Notes under the pieces: generated by a model
What the model was told of the DNA's origin: nothing
Database searches by the model: none
Seen by the model: the letters and a program-made list of their open reading frames with translations, nothing else
In this document: in pieces, positions 13,381 through 27,746 of the stretch
Layout of the letters: the number at the start of each line of letters is the position of its first letter
Position numbering within the stretch: position 1 is the stretch's first letter
Made by a program: the position numbers and the translations under genes
Source of the DNA: Octopus vulgaris
Lineage: Eukaryota
NCBI GenBank assembly: GCA_951406725.2
Contig: OX597823.1
Coordinates: 103,230,001 to 103,294,000, forward strand
Reading direction: 5' to 3'
DNA: 64,000 nucleotides

Positions 13381-13899
13381 TCATAATGATAGTTATTATT
13401 ATTATTATTATTAAGACAGCGAGCTGGCAGAATTGTTAGCATGCTGGGCAAAATGCTTTGTGGTATCTTGTCTGAGTTCAAATGCTGCCGAGGTCAACTT
13501 TGCCTTTCATTCTTTCAGGGTCGATAAATTAAGTACCAGTCATGTACTGGGGTTGATGTGATCGACTAGCCCCCTCCCCACAAATTCCAGGACTTGTGCC
13601 TATTGTAGAAAGGATTATTATTATTATTGATGTAATCAACTTTACTCTGCCCTCATTAAAATTATGGCCTTTGTAAGAAATTATTTGAGAGCAGTGGATA
13701 GATGGAATCACTGGAGCATCTAACAAAACATGTGGCAGTATTTGTTCTAGGTCTTTATATTCTGAGTTCAAATCCTGCCATGGTCAGCTTTGCCTTTCAT
13801 CCTTTCAAGTATAAAATGAAGTACCAGTCAAGTCCATGGGTTGATGGCATTGACTAATCACTTCTCTTTGTCAATCTTGTGCCCAAATCAGAAATTGCT

Positions 13900-14250
13900 G
13901 CTACTACCCTCTGTCCATCTAGTCAGTTGACTTGCCTGGACTAATGCAACTCTTTCACACGCTGTGTACTGATCTTCCATAGTAGTCATCATATCTTGAA
14001 CTTGATATCCCATGCCTTTCACATATTGATTGATAAATGCTCTTCTTGGTCTGCTGATACTCACATGTCTATGCATGGGTTTTGAGAGATGGAGATTGCT
14101 TGATATTTCATCCTTGCTTCTCCACCAGCATCCTGCATAATGTGTTCTTTCTCTGAATACTGAGGTGATAATAGGAAGACCACCATGCAGTCACTGCTTT
14201 GTAGGGTGTTGCTGCCAAGAAGGGCTGAGAATTGCATGAAGCATTCTTGT
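13900..14250 (-). mobile_element. LINE (RTE-like) 3' ORF2 remnant
   Basis: Minus reading AGCWWRSKDEIS...RPRRAFINQ resembles the non-LTR C-terminal 'GHCWR...GRP..TY' motif. Confidence 0.55.
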
Positions 14251-14675
14251 GTACATACCTATTTCTTTACTACCCACAAGGGGCTACACACAAAGGGGAC
14301 AGACAAATGGATTAAGTCGATTATATCGACCCCAGTGCGTAACTAGTACTTATTTAATCGACCCCGAAAGGATGAAAGGCAAAGTCGACCGTGGCGGAAT
14401 TTGAACTCAGAACGTAGTGGCAGACGAAAAACTGAACTTCTTTTCAAGAAATCTTATCTGGGATGCAACATTGTTTCAATACAGAAGGATGTCCAGGCAA
14501 GCATTGCAAAAGCATGGTATGCCCTACACTGACTCAGAATTCTATTGTAGTTTTCCTTTCTTGACAATATTGAAGTGGGGTTTCTTTAAGGCAGCTGTTG
14601 AACCACCACCACCACCACCACCACTTTAAGTGCATCTTTTTTTACCTTTCTCTCTTTTTTTTTTGTATTTTTCAG

Positions 14676-15119
14676 GCTGGACCTTCTGGTGCCCAACTAG
14701 GAATTCTTGCTTGCTATATCGTTGAAATTATACAAAGCTGGCAAATCCAGAAAACTCCTTGGCAATCTGTCATAAAATTTGTTGCAATTCTTCTCCTCCT
14801 GTTTGTACTTGGTTTACTTCCATGGATAGACAACTGGGCACATATTTTTGGATTCTTCGTAGGGTTATTCCTTGCTTTTGCACTTCTACCTTATGTTACC
14901 TTTGGTTTCAAGGACAAAAAGAAGAAACTGATATTAATTTTTGTTAGTCTTGGTCTATGTATTATGTTTTTTGTAATTCTCATTATCCTATTTTATGTAT
15001 CCCCTGTCTATCAATGTGATGCTTGTCAGTATTTCAATTGCATCCCTTTTGTTTCTCCCAAATTTTGTCAAAACATGCAAGTCACCATCCGCCGGGAATC
15101 CAAATATGATGATGTCTGA
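14676..15119 (+). CDS. RHBDF1: iRhom last coding exon (GPx motif, C-terminal TMs, stop)
   Basis: Polypyrimidine tract + ttcag|; AGPSGAQLGILAC...GLLPWIDNWAHIFGF...CQYFNCIPF...DDV-TGA; the iRhom-diagnostic Pro precedes the catalytic Ser position. Confidence 0.96.
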   Translation, partial: AGPSGAQLGILACYIVEIIQSWQIQKTPWQSVIKFVAILLLLFVLGLLPWIDNWAHIFGFFVGLFLAFALLPYVTFGFKDKKKKLILIFVSLGLCIMFFVILIILFYVSPVYQCDACQYFNCIPFVSPKFCQNMQVTIRRESKYDDV

Positions 15120-16029
15120 TAGGTTTTACTTGTAACAATTGTCATTGATGTTGTTGCTGTTGCAGTTGTCTATATATATTTTTTTATAAGCTTCATTTAT
15201 TTTTTAAAATTTTATAACAACAGTGACAATGAAGTTTTTAAAGTTGTTGTTATTATTGCTGTTGTTGTTTAGCCCAGGTTGACCCTGATCAAACAGACTT
15301 TGATCAAAAGTATTCCTACTATAAACAGCCTGCCCTTTTAGGGGTATCTAGGAAACTTACATTATTCAAAGCGTCCTTTTTTTTTCCCATGACATTAATG
15401 ATTTGAGGGAGATTTGGTTGCTATTTCTAACAGGTTGAGTGACCACATGAAGGCTCCCTTAGATCAGAAGTTTTTGAATGGTCTTTGTTTGTTGGTATTC
15501 TTGATATTGTTGTCTTAGTCTCAAGAAAATTCACTGTTACCTCAAAACAATAACGAACTTTTAAGCTTGCAACTATTAATCTCTTGGCCTTAAATCATCA
15601 TCATCATCACCATTAGCATCTACATCATTATCATTGTCACCACCACCATCATCATCATATCAATCAAAACGTTGGCTAAACCTCAACAAGAGCTGAGTAT
15701 ACACTCAGCACCCATAAACACTGCTGGCGTGTCTAGTTCATCAGACCATAGATTAATAAGCACACACTTGTAAAATAACAGACTCTGAGTAATGCTGTAG
15801 ATATATAAAACATAATATATAATGTATATCACATGTATTATATATGTATTATATATATATATTTTATATATGTGTGTGTGTATGTGTATATATGTATATA
15901 TTTGTTCAATGGTTTGTCTCCTTTTAGATTATACAAATGAAAGGCAATTGTCTTTAATAATAATAAAGATCCCAGACATTGGAGCTGCCAATAAATTTGT
16001 ATTTTCTAGCATACTGCCAATATATCTTT

Positions 16030-17731
<1,702 letters not shown>

Positions 17732-19710
17732 CTGCCAAAACAAAACAAGCATACATACTTTTTCCCTAGCAGTAATTTCTGTTTAAATAGCTTATATCAA
17801 ATATATGGCTACCTTTTCACTTGGTTATGTTTTTACATTTTAACGATCCTAGTGTTTCTTTCCGTTCTGATGGTGGTTATTGTTTTTCTGTTTTGTTTTT
17901 CGAAAAGTTTTTTGTAAATTTTGAGTTTATTTTCCAAGTTGTTTTCTAAATAATATTTTTTTCTTTTTGGTTAAAAAAAATTCTTTTACTATTGCATAAA
18001 AATATTATAAATAAACATTCTACTTTATGATTTGTTAGTATTTTTAGAAGTTACTTGTTTGACATATTTTTTACTTAATGACAACTACAAACAAAAACAA
18101 GAATAAACTCCAAGCAGCAAAAAAGAAATAAAGAAAGAAAATGTTTAAAGTTAATTGATAGTTAATTATATTAAAAATTAAAATGACCTATTTAAGACTT
18201 TATAATAATCCTTATGTAATGTTCTGTGAAAATCTATTTGAATATAAAACATCAAAAATATTTTTAAATCTAATAAAATGAAATTATATTTTTGTAATTT
18301 TTTCTTTTTTTTTCTCCCTTTCAAAATATCTACTCAATACATCTTATTTTTACTTGAAAGTAAATAGAATTAAAAATCAAAAAATCAAAAATATGCCAAA
18401 AAAAAAACATTGGCACACAATAGGCATACTTTTGAAGAGGGAATAATTTACTTCCATGGACTCATTGATAAATATTACATTTTCAATGTTCTTAATTCCT
18501 GCTAATGTTTTAACTATATTCCACTTTCTGCCTCTTTGTTGTTCTATCCTTGTGTAACTATAATATCAATACAAATTTAGTTGTATTTTTAAGCTTCAAA
18601 ACTCAATATATGAAGACTTTTAAGTTGGTTTTTTTTTTTGTTTCTTTTTGTATTTACTAGTCAAATACTTCAAATGTTTCTTGGCTGTTATAATTAATTC
18701 AAAAAACCCCCCAAAAATGTTGGCCAATAGTAGAGAACAAGAGGTAGGTGCTCAATGAGTTACGTTCATAACCCAGTTTTAATTCCTATTTGAAGCTATT
18801 TCACTGACAGTATTAAAGCCTTTAAGGAAAGTATGTAACATCTTTTGATCTCTAAAATTCCAGACAAACTATGACATTTCTCTGTGTGTGATAGCAATTA
18901 TTTTAACGGATACTTGTTTTTTGAAATTTCATGGTCATCTTTTTGTATATCTAAGATTATAGAGGCTGTTCTCTGCCCAGTGTTTTTAAAAGGCTATCAT
19001 TTGCAGTAATTTGGCTGCAATTCCTCACTGTTTCAGTGATTGCAGAGAGGCTATCTTATGGTACTGGTAGTTGAGGAACTGTGTATATGTGTGATTGACA
19101 AGAAAATAAAAGAATTATTTTTAATATAAGACAGACAGACAGGCACACACACACACCGTTTCATTCATCATTATTGTCTAACTTCCATTTTACCATACTT
19201 ACAGGAGGTCAGACAATTCTTTTGAGGCAGGTATTCTATGCCCAGATGCCCTTCCTGTCACCAACCCTCATTAATTTTCACGTGAATGCACACACACACA
19301 TAAACATGTAAACACATGTATAAATGGGTGTAGGCTTACAAAGAGTTGGAGGACAATTTATTGTCCTTCAGCTCTGCACTTATGAAGTCAATTAAAAAGA
19401 AAATCTCTTACTCGTAAAGCAGGTGAGAATTAGTGACAGGAGGGGTACCTGGCTGCAAAACAATGCCTCAATGTGTATGGGGTCACCGTAAAAATTGGGA
19501 TACATAGGCAAGAATGACAAACTCATATTCAATTTGCAGAAGAAAAAAATAAGAATGTTAGTGATATTTCTATAGCCTGACTTTTCAGTCACCCTGATTT
19601 TGTCCAACTCATATTAAGATGGATGAACAGATGTTAAATGAGCAATGATATTGAATTAATAAGTCAGTCTCTGCTTGTCAATTGAATTTTTTTTAATGAC
19701 AGTTTAACAA

Positions 19711-19940
19711 TTAATCCTTTCGTTACCAACCCAGCCCAAACCGGCTCTGGCTCTGTCATACAAATGTCTTGTTTTCATAAGTTTTGCATTAAAATATACC
19801 ACCAAACCTTAGTCGCAATTTATGTTCCAAACACTTGTTTAATGATAACTAAGTTATTTTACTAAATTCTTTGTTATATTTAAAATTAATTGAAAGAAAC
19901 ACAGAGCATCTCAACAGAAATATGGTAACAAAAGGGTTAA
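19711..19940. mobile_element. piggyBac-type MITE (~230 bp)
   Basis: TTAA-[t/c]CCTTTCGTTACC...GGTAACAAAAGGG-TTAA; related copies at 36380-36598 and ~50950-51140. Confidence 0.8.
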
Positions 19941-21301
19941 ATTACAAAAGTTAATAGATCCAAAAGTATTCGTTAAGACTGAAATATTTTACTGGCTGGC
20001 TTTCATTGGGATTTATTCTAAGGATAAGCTTACAGTTTAAGTAGCTATGATGGTGCAGCTGGTTTCCTTTCGTATAGTGTAAAATGAACTGGTGATAAGA
20101 AATGAAGTTTATCCACTTTGTTATAGCAGATAGAAGATGGTGAACTGATGGAGTCAGTAGAGCATCAGATGTATTTCTTATGTTCCACTTCTCAGCACTT
20201 TGGGTTCAAATCCTGCTGAGGTTGTATTCTGTTTCTTGAATTTGTTTACATTGCATTGTGGTAATGATTGGAGAGAATTACTCATAGCAGCCCTTTCTTT
20301 ATAAATGGAGGAGGGTTGAGCAAGGGGTTTAGAGCCTCTTCTCACAGAAAAGAAAACGTTTCTGGAACCATCCAAGGACAGTCTGCTGTACAGCAGAGTG
20401 CAGATCAGAAATAAGAAGAGATATCTAATATAAAGCTCACATGCATGTGTTTATGTGCAACAGTGTTTGGGTTTTCTATGTTCTCTTGTTGGCATTTCAG
20501 TAGCAATGAAAAAAAATGATGGTGCAGGGCTGCTGACTTAACACCATCTTCCTTTCTCAACCAACCTTGCGACTGACTATAGCACAGTGTCCAATTGCAT
20601 CTAGGAAGTTTGAATGGTGCTCTGTTTTCTTGTTTATATTTTATAAAAGTTGTGAGATGGTTTCAACAAAAATTGAAGCTAGGTTGTGGATGCAGTTTGC
20701 TTAAAGTTTACCTCTGATGCCTTCTTGTGTCCAACACAGGAGACACATTCCCAATATTACTTGGGAATCAATTGGCTTCTGCCCAACAGAGCTGACTCTC
20801 TTCTCATATGCTCAACACTTTACAAACATTAAATATTTAATGCATGTATATACACATGGATGAAATAAGCTAAATCATTAGTATTATCATGTGCCATGTA
20901 TTGTGTCTAGAAATGACTTCATCCAGTTTTGTTGTTTCAGAAATTATTTAAAATAATGCAATGATTAAAATGACTGCTTAAAAAATAAGTTTAAAAAATG
21001 TCTGTGATTGAATCAAAATATTTGATTATCTGCTTTTAAAATTTTGATCACTTTACATTTTTTGCTCTTTTTTTTAAAACATATTTTCATCTGTATTTTC
21101 TTGTATTTTGAAAACATTCAGAGAATATTCGAATTCTAAGATGTGTGTGTATAATTTGGTCAGAAGTGAGGATTGTGTCCAAGTCCCATTTTAGGGCTTC
21201 TGAGACTGATTTGAGGAAGGAAAGTTTCCTCAATTAGAAAACTGACCCACATGCTTGCAATAGTGTAGGCTTCTGTACTGAAGCCCCCAACCTCAAGGAT
21301 C

Positions 21302-21338
<37 letters not shown>

Positions 21339-21959
21339 GTTAAACCAAAGCAGGCCAGGGTGGGATTTGAACTCAGGATGCAAAGAGTTGAAAGAACAGA
21401 AGAAACCCTGCAGAGCATCCTGTCTGACTTTCTAATCATTCTATCAGTCCACTGATAGGATTTTATTTTATCAGTTGCCCCTCCTTGTGAGATGAAAAGC
21501 AAAGTTGGACTCAGCAGGTTTTGAACTCAGAACACCACTCCAAAAAATACTGCAAGGTATTTTGTCCGATGTTCCAATGACTTTGCCAACTCACTTTCAA
21601 TGTTTGATTTGCATAAAGACTATAAAAATTGGTTCTATTGAATACTGATTTTTATTTTCATTTTTTTTGTTGTGTACTACTAGACATTTTTTTTCTTTGA
21701 TTTCTATACCTCACAAACTTACTGTGATGATATCTAAAGACAATTCATATGGAAATGAATAAATGGCGATTTTCTTTTCCAAATTTTGTTTGGAATATCT
21801 TCTAAATTTCATTCCTATATGAAATATTTAAAAAAAAAAAATCATTTCTGATAAACCTTTTTATTTATCTAACAAAATTATTTTGGAATTTTAGTATGCT
21901 AATATGTGATATTTGAAGTGAAGTAGTTAAATTAGATGCAGAACATTGTTAAAAACGAT

Positions 21960-22285
21960 AAACTGCATGTCTGCACACTTACCTCAGACCAGAAATGCAC
22001 CTGTGCAGACTCATTAGTTACAATCTGCGTCTTTCCAGATTCACCAGCAACAAATTGTTGACTCATAAGCACCAGAGTGTATCTGAGAATTCACTAGCGC
22101 CAAACTGCATCTCTGCAAACCAATCTGCACAAAACTGCATGTATGTAAACTCAGTAACACCAGGTTGCATTTCTGTAGACCCAACAACACCAAACAGCTA
22201 ACAACAACCTGCAAACTCCCCAGTTCCAAACTGCAGTTCTTTAGATTCACCAGCACCAAACTGCATGACCAGCAACACACTATGC
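21960..22285 (+). repeat. Degenerate 30-bp minisatellite (~11 units)
   Basis: Approximate consensus AAACTGCATCTCTGCAGACTCACCAGCACC. Confidence 0.75.
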
Positions 22286-25221
22286 AATGTTATTCTTCTC
22301 ATAAGTTCTGCATTTTATTCAAAAACGTTTTTTTTTTTTGCTCTCAGTATGATAATTCTACATCTTGTAGCTTTATGTAAATATAGCTGCTATTATTTAT
22401 CATACAACTTCATACATATTCTAGGAATCAGTTCTTGTGAAAATGTGTCTGCCAGCTGGTTTGGATTCTCAGTTGAAATGATTTTCTTTCACTTCTACCA
22501 TTAATATCTTTGGGAAAAGAATAAATTTCACAGCAGGAATTAAACCCAATACTGCAAACCAAAAAAGCATGTTGGTTATATGACGTATCTAACTCTTAAT
22601 CTTTGCAGTGGTAATATGCTTTTCCTCATAGCTTGCAATTTACAGAGTTGGGCTATTAAATACTATCTTTCCTTGACAGTCACTGTGGTACTGGTGATAG
22701 AATTTAAACCAGTCAACCATTGTCTGCTGTGTTACCACCTTATCAGCTTTAGCACTCAATGTTTAATTTATAGTCTTATTCCTTAAGATGTCAACATTTT
22801 CTTGCAACATATACAAACACACATGTGCTTGTACATGTGATATGGATGGAGCTTAAATTTATGAAGTACATGCTAATCTTTGCTTCCTTATGTCTTCACT
22901 GCAGCGTAATCTCTTGTCCTACAAAATTACCATAAATTATGTTAATCCAACAACATGATTTTTGTCATAAACTTCATCTTTTATGCAGCACCATATTCTT
23001 TAAGCCTTTCATATACATATATAACTACATGCAAATATAATTACAGACTTCATTTCTTTTCTTTTTGGGTTATTTGTTCAAATTGAATATTGGTTCAAAT
23101 TATTTTAAGTTTAAATCAAAGAGGCAAATTTCAACTCAGAAACTTTTGTTCTCAGTTTTTTTTTTATTAAAAAGGTTTTTTTTTTAAATTCAAAACCAAT
23201 TTGAATTTTATCATTTTTTTTTGTTCATTTTCAATTTTGGGTTCCTGAGAAACTAAGTTAATTTTTTAATTTTAAGTATATACCATGAAAATTAAAAAAA
23301 AAAAATTCATTGGAATTTAAATGTGTTTGGATTTTAATATTTTTTTTTTTTACTATTTAGGGAGTTATTTTGATATATGATCTTGATATTTATTTCTGTT
23401 TTGTATTATAGAATTTTAATTGAAAGTTCTGTTGGTTCATTTTGAATATATTAAGATATGTATTCCTGGATAAACTAAACACTGAAAATGTATATTTACT
23501 GGAGTAAACTAAAAAATTATAGTTATAATTCATGTTCTTCAAATATTGTAAAGCAAGTCTTTGATGTGATGTCTTTTTTTGTCTGTTTTTATTTCTCTCT
23601 CATTTTTGTATATTTTATCAGCTGTCTGTGATGGAACGATGATTTCATTATTCCATCTATCTCTGTTTTCATAGAAATGTTTTATATGTTGCCATGTAAC
23701 TCTTTGATCTCAAATTGCTATTTGTAATATAGGATAAGATTAATTTATTTCATCAGTAAAAAAAAAAAATCATTAGATTATAAACCTCATCTGTTTTTTT
23801 GTAGCTTTGTAACATTTTGGTTAGGATATTCTTCACTGTTACAAGCTATCTTATATTTTGTTTGGGGTATTTTTCCATCCTCTTCAATGACCATATTTGT
23901 CCTCTCACATGACTGCTTGTAGTCATTGTTGTGCAATACATGTGACAAATGCCTATTTAATAATGTATTTGTGAGATGATGTAGTTACAATAACACAAAA
24001 ACCTAGTTATTTTAAATGCAAAAACATTTATTTTATCATTAACAAACAACAAAGAAAGGATGCTTACACCAAGATAGTTTGAAGCTTGTATAAGATGTTG
24101 ATGGACGAGGTATAATGGTAGTCTCCATCATGAGTTTCTTGAAATTGGTTGGTCATGGTGTGTTGCTGCCACCTCTGTCCGTTGTTTTTGGGATGTAATA
24201 CTGCTCTGGTCTGCTACTGACTTTTGTCTGTTGTGTTATGGCAAAAGTACACTGAATATATAGTGATGCTCTTGGTCATGAAAAGTCTACCAAAGATGAA
24301 ATTGTTATTAGATCTGGTTCCACAGGAAATCTTGAAGGGTCACACATATTGATGATGATCATAACATTTTAGGGAATCACAATCTTTAGTTGAATGGTTT
24401 TTTTTTTCATTGGATTTAGTGATCTGGGTTTGATTCCTAAGTTTTTCAACTGCTAAATATTCCTGCTACAATGTGTTACATACCAGCCATTATCATAGCT
24501 AAAGGTCTATATTTTTGGATTGAGGCAATAAGGGTGTTGCCAGGGTAGGAGTGTTCTGGTATGAGGCAGTGTACTGGGCAGCCTCTTCAAAACTCACAAA
24601 AGTCGTGCTCAATCCTGAAGGCTATCTAAGTGTTGCTGTGAAGTTATTCCTACCATTTGACACCTATTTACGGCTGAGTAGACTGGACCATTTGAAAGTT
24701 ATGTCTAGGCCATCAACATAAAACTGTGTTGGTGACATACTAATTACCAGCCTCTCATCTGTTTATTCATATCCTTGTAACTGGAGCATGTGTGTGCGTG
24801 TGCGTGTTGAATGCGGGCATGACCAAGAGGTTAAGAATTCTTACTTTGTTGTTATGAGATCTCAGGTTTGATTCCATGCACCAGGCAGTATCTTGGGCAA
24901 GTGTCTTCTAGCATAACGTCTGCTTGACTTAAGCCTTGTGAATGTGACAGGTGTGTGGAAGTCTGTCGCACACTGCTACATTGATTGTGTCAGAGATATA
25001 AATTATAATGCATAAGTCTGTGGAACACACAGCTACTTACCTGCTAATACAATTAATAGGGTCTTTGGTTTTTTTTTTTTTTGTTATCACCTTGATCTCA
25101 GATTGCTTCTAGAAACTTTTATTTTATTTTGTGCACAACATGGTGGATAAGATTACTAAAATCCAATTCCGTGCAAATGAAATATAGTTTGAGTTCAGTC
25201 TCTGGTGAAGTATGAATAGTA

Positions 25222-25271
<50 letters not shown>

Positions 25272-25369
25272 TATAGGAAATATGTGAGTCAAATACTAAA
25301 GCATCAACCCCTAAAGATGTAGTATAGCTAGAAACCAAAATGAAGTTATAGTTAGGTGAGTATTCACTA

Positions 25370-25405
<36 letters not shown>

Positions 25406-26587
25406 TACACACACTCACACACACAAGACGAAGACAGGTGAGGGAACAACAAGCAGGTATATTAGTTTGATGCTCAAGAAAAATGGAATCGTTTTTGACA
25501 TTTTGAGCCTATGCTCTTTGACAAAGGGTTGAGAGGAAATACACACACACAAGTTATTTGATCTTTTTGACTATTTTGCAAATAGGTATTTTTTTTTTAC
25601 CTGCAAAGAAAAATACAAGAAGCAGTGATTAACAAATACAACTCTCACAAAACATTGGCTTGTCTAACAGAAGTTTAGAACCAGTTCTAAACTAATTTGT
25701 TGATTAAAAAAACAAATTTAATAATTTTTCAGTTTTTTTTTTTTTTGTGTGTTTAATAATTGTTTATTGGGATTAAAAACAATAACTAAAGCTTAATTTT
25801 CTATGTGCTTTGATGGAAGAATTTTTTTTCTCACCAAAGAAGCCAAGCATGGGTACATTAAATAAAGGAAAGTCCTTGTGATGGCTCTTTAAATGTTAAG
25901 AAGTTTCTGCAAGTAGATGCCATTTCCTTCATAAGAAATTTTAATTTTTTTTCCTATTTTGAGACTAAACACAAATTTGATGTATGTTGGAAAGGTATAT
26001 ATAGATCAGTGAGCCCTGTTTTATTGCCCTAGAAAGGAAAAAAAATGACTTTTGCAGGTTTGGAACTTGTTAGTTTGACAAAGTATATCTCATAAATATT
26101 GAATATAAATATCAACCCTCCATACAAAAAACTGCATTGGATTATAAATTGATAAGAGTGATTTATTTTATTTAATATAAACTTGTGGGTATTATTGATT
26201 AGCTCCCTCTTGTGATTTTGACATAATTGTGTCTTCAAGAATCACTCTTTGCAACTCTGTAGCTTTGGGTTTAATCTTACTGTGTAAAACCTTGGGCAAG
26301 TTTCTTCTAGCATAGCATTAGGTGAATCAAAGCCTTGAATGAAATTTGGTTGACACAGCATTTGTGGAAGCTCATCTGAGGGACTGTTTTTGTCCGTAGG
26401 TCGTAGGCTTATGCTGTCACCTTGTTTAACACCACTACAACCTAGGCCCTTGGGTACTTTTAGTGAAGTCCATTCTCTTGCAAGCATTCTGGTTTGAGGA
26501 TAACTTGCTCCTTTTCTCTGATCAACCTCAAAAGATTTGGAAAGGATCAGGAGTGCTGTTTTCCCTTTTCCAGCACACAACACAAAC

Positions 26588-26593
26588 TACTAT

Positions 26594-26632
<39 letters not shown>

Positions 26633-26671
26633 ACCACCACCACCACCACCACCACCACCACCACCACCACC

Positions 26672-26726
<55 letters not shown>

Positions 26727-26753
26727 ATACTACTAATAATAATAATAATAATA
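26588..26753. repeat. Compound trinucleotide microsatellite (TAC)n(CAC)n(TAC)n(TAA)n
   Basis: Directly visible. Confidence 0.97.
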
Positions 26754-27345
26754 CAAAGAGGATAACTATTTTCTATTCACTTTCATTTCTGTTTAATTGA
26801 TATCTCACAAAGAAATTTGTAGAATATGTTATTAATTTAACACTAGTTTTGGTTTTGCATACATAGAATATTATTATTTATCCCTCTGTAAAAAAAAAAA
26901 CACGATTATTTTTCACATTATTCAATTAGGTACATTTAAGTGGCAAAGAAAATCCTGTTGTTGTCAGTAATAAGTAAGTAATCTGGTGTGACCCATCCTA
27001 ATAAACTCGTTATTTAACCTTTGACAATATGATTCACTCTGATAAGTTTTGATACTGCCAAATTTTTATTTTGTTTTTAAACTGCTGACAGCCAAGTTGG
27101 CAGTAAGGTATACGACACTGATGAAGTGGCTAGAAGTTTTGTATTCTGTCCATGACCATATATAACTGCCAGTGACCTAGTCTTCCTAGCTGCAAGTAAA
27201 TACCAAACAAGTGATATAAATCATCAGTGGAAACACTATAACAAGTCTTTTGTCTTAATTTTCAGTCTTCAATTCAGCTCTTTCCATGACTAAGATTAGA
27301 AGAGGTGTTGAACCCTATTGATCTCACATATATATATGCCCCAGA

Positions 27346-27746
27346 AGGTGGTGAGCTGGCAGAAATGTTAGCATGCCGGGCGAAATGCGTAGTTGTATTT
27401 CGTCTGCCGTTACATTCTGAGTTAAAATTCCGCCGAGGTCGACTTTGCCTTTCGTCCTTTTGGGGGTCAATAAATTATGTACCAGTTATGCACTGGGGTC
27501 GATATAATCGACTTAATCCATTTGTCTGTCCTTGTTTGTCCTCTCTGAGTTTAGCCCCTTGTGGGTAGTAAAGAAATAGGTATTTCGTCTGTCTTTATGT
27601 TCTGAGTTCAAATTATGCTGAGGTCAACTTCACCTTTCATCCTTTTGGGGTTGATAAATTAAGTACCAGTTGCATACTGGGGTTGATCTAATCGACTGGC
27701 CCCCACTCCCCCAAGTTTTGGGCCTTGTGCCTAGAGTAGAAAAGAA
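27346..27746 (+). mobile_element. tRNA-derived SINE family C (partially dimeric)
   Basis: ggtgagctggcagaa..gttagca..ctgagtt.aaattccgccgaggtcgactttgcctttc. Further copies at 13415-13615(+), 14258-14430(-), 30347-30487(-), 50236-50424(-), 56140-56490(-). Confidence 0.85.

Noticed and set aside
21960-22285. CRISPR-like array
   Set aside because: Eukaryotic context; contiguous diverged tandem units without unique spacers, and no cas genes
24050-24400. Moderately GC-balanced unique stretch, possible exon
   Set aside because: The frames I examined close quickly, with no recognisable motif or convincing splice pair
26463-26800. Poly-Thr/Pro/His/Tyr ORFs
   Set aside because: Trinucleotide microsatellite open in all frames, with no splice or homology support
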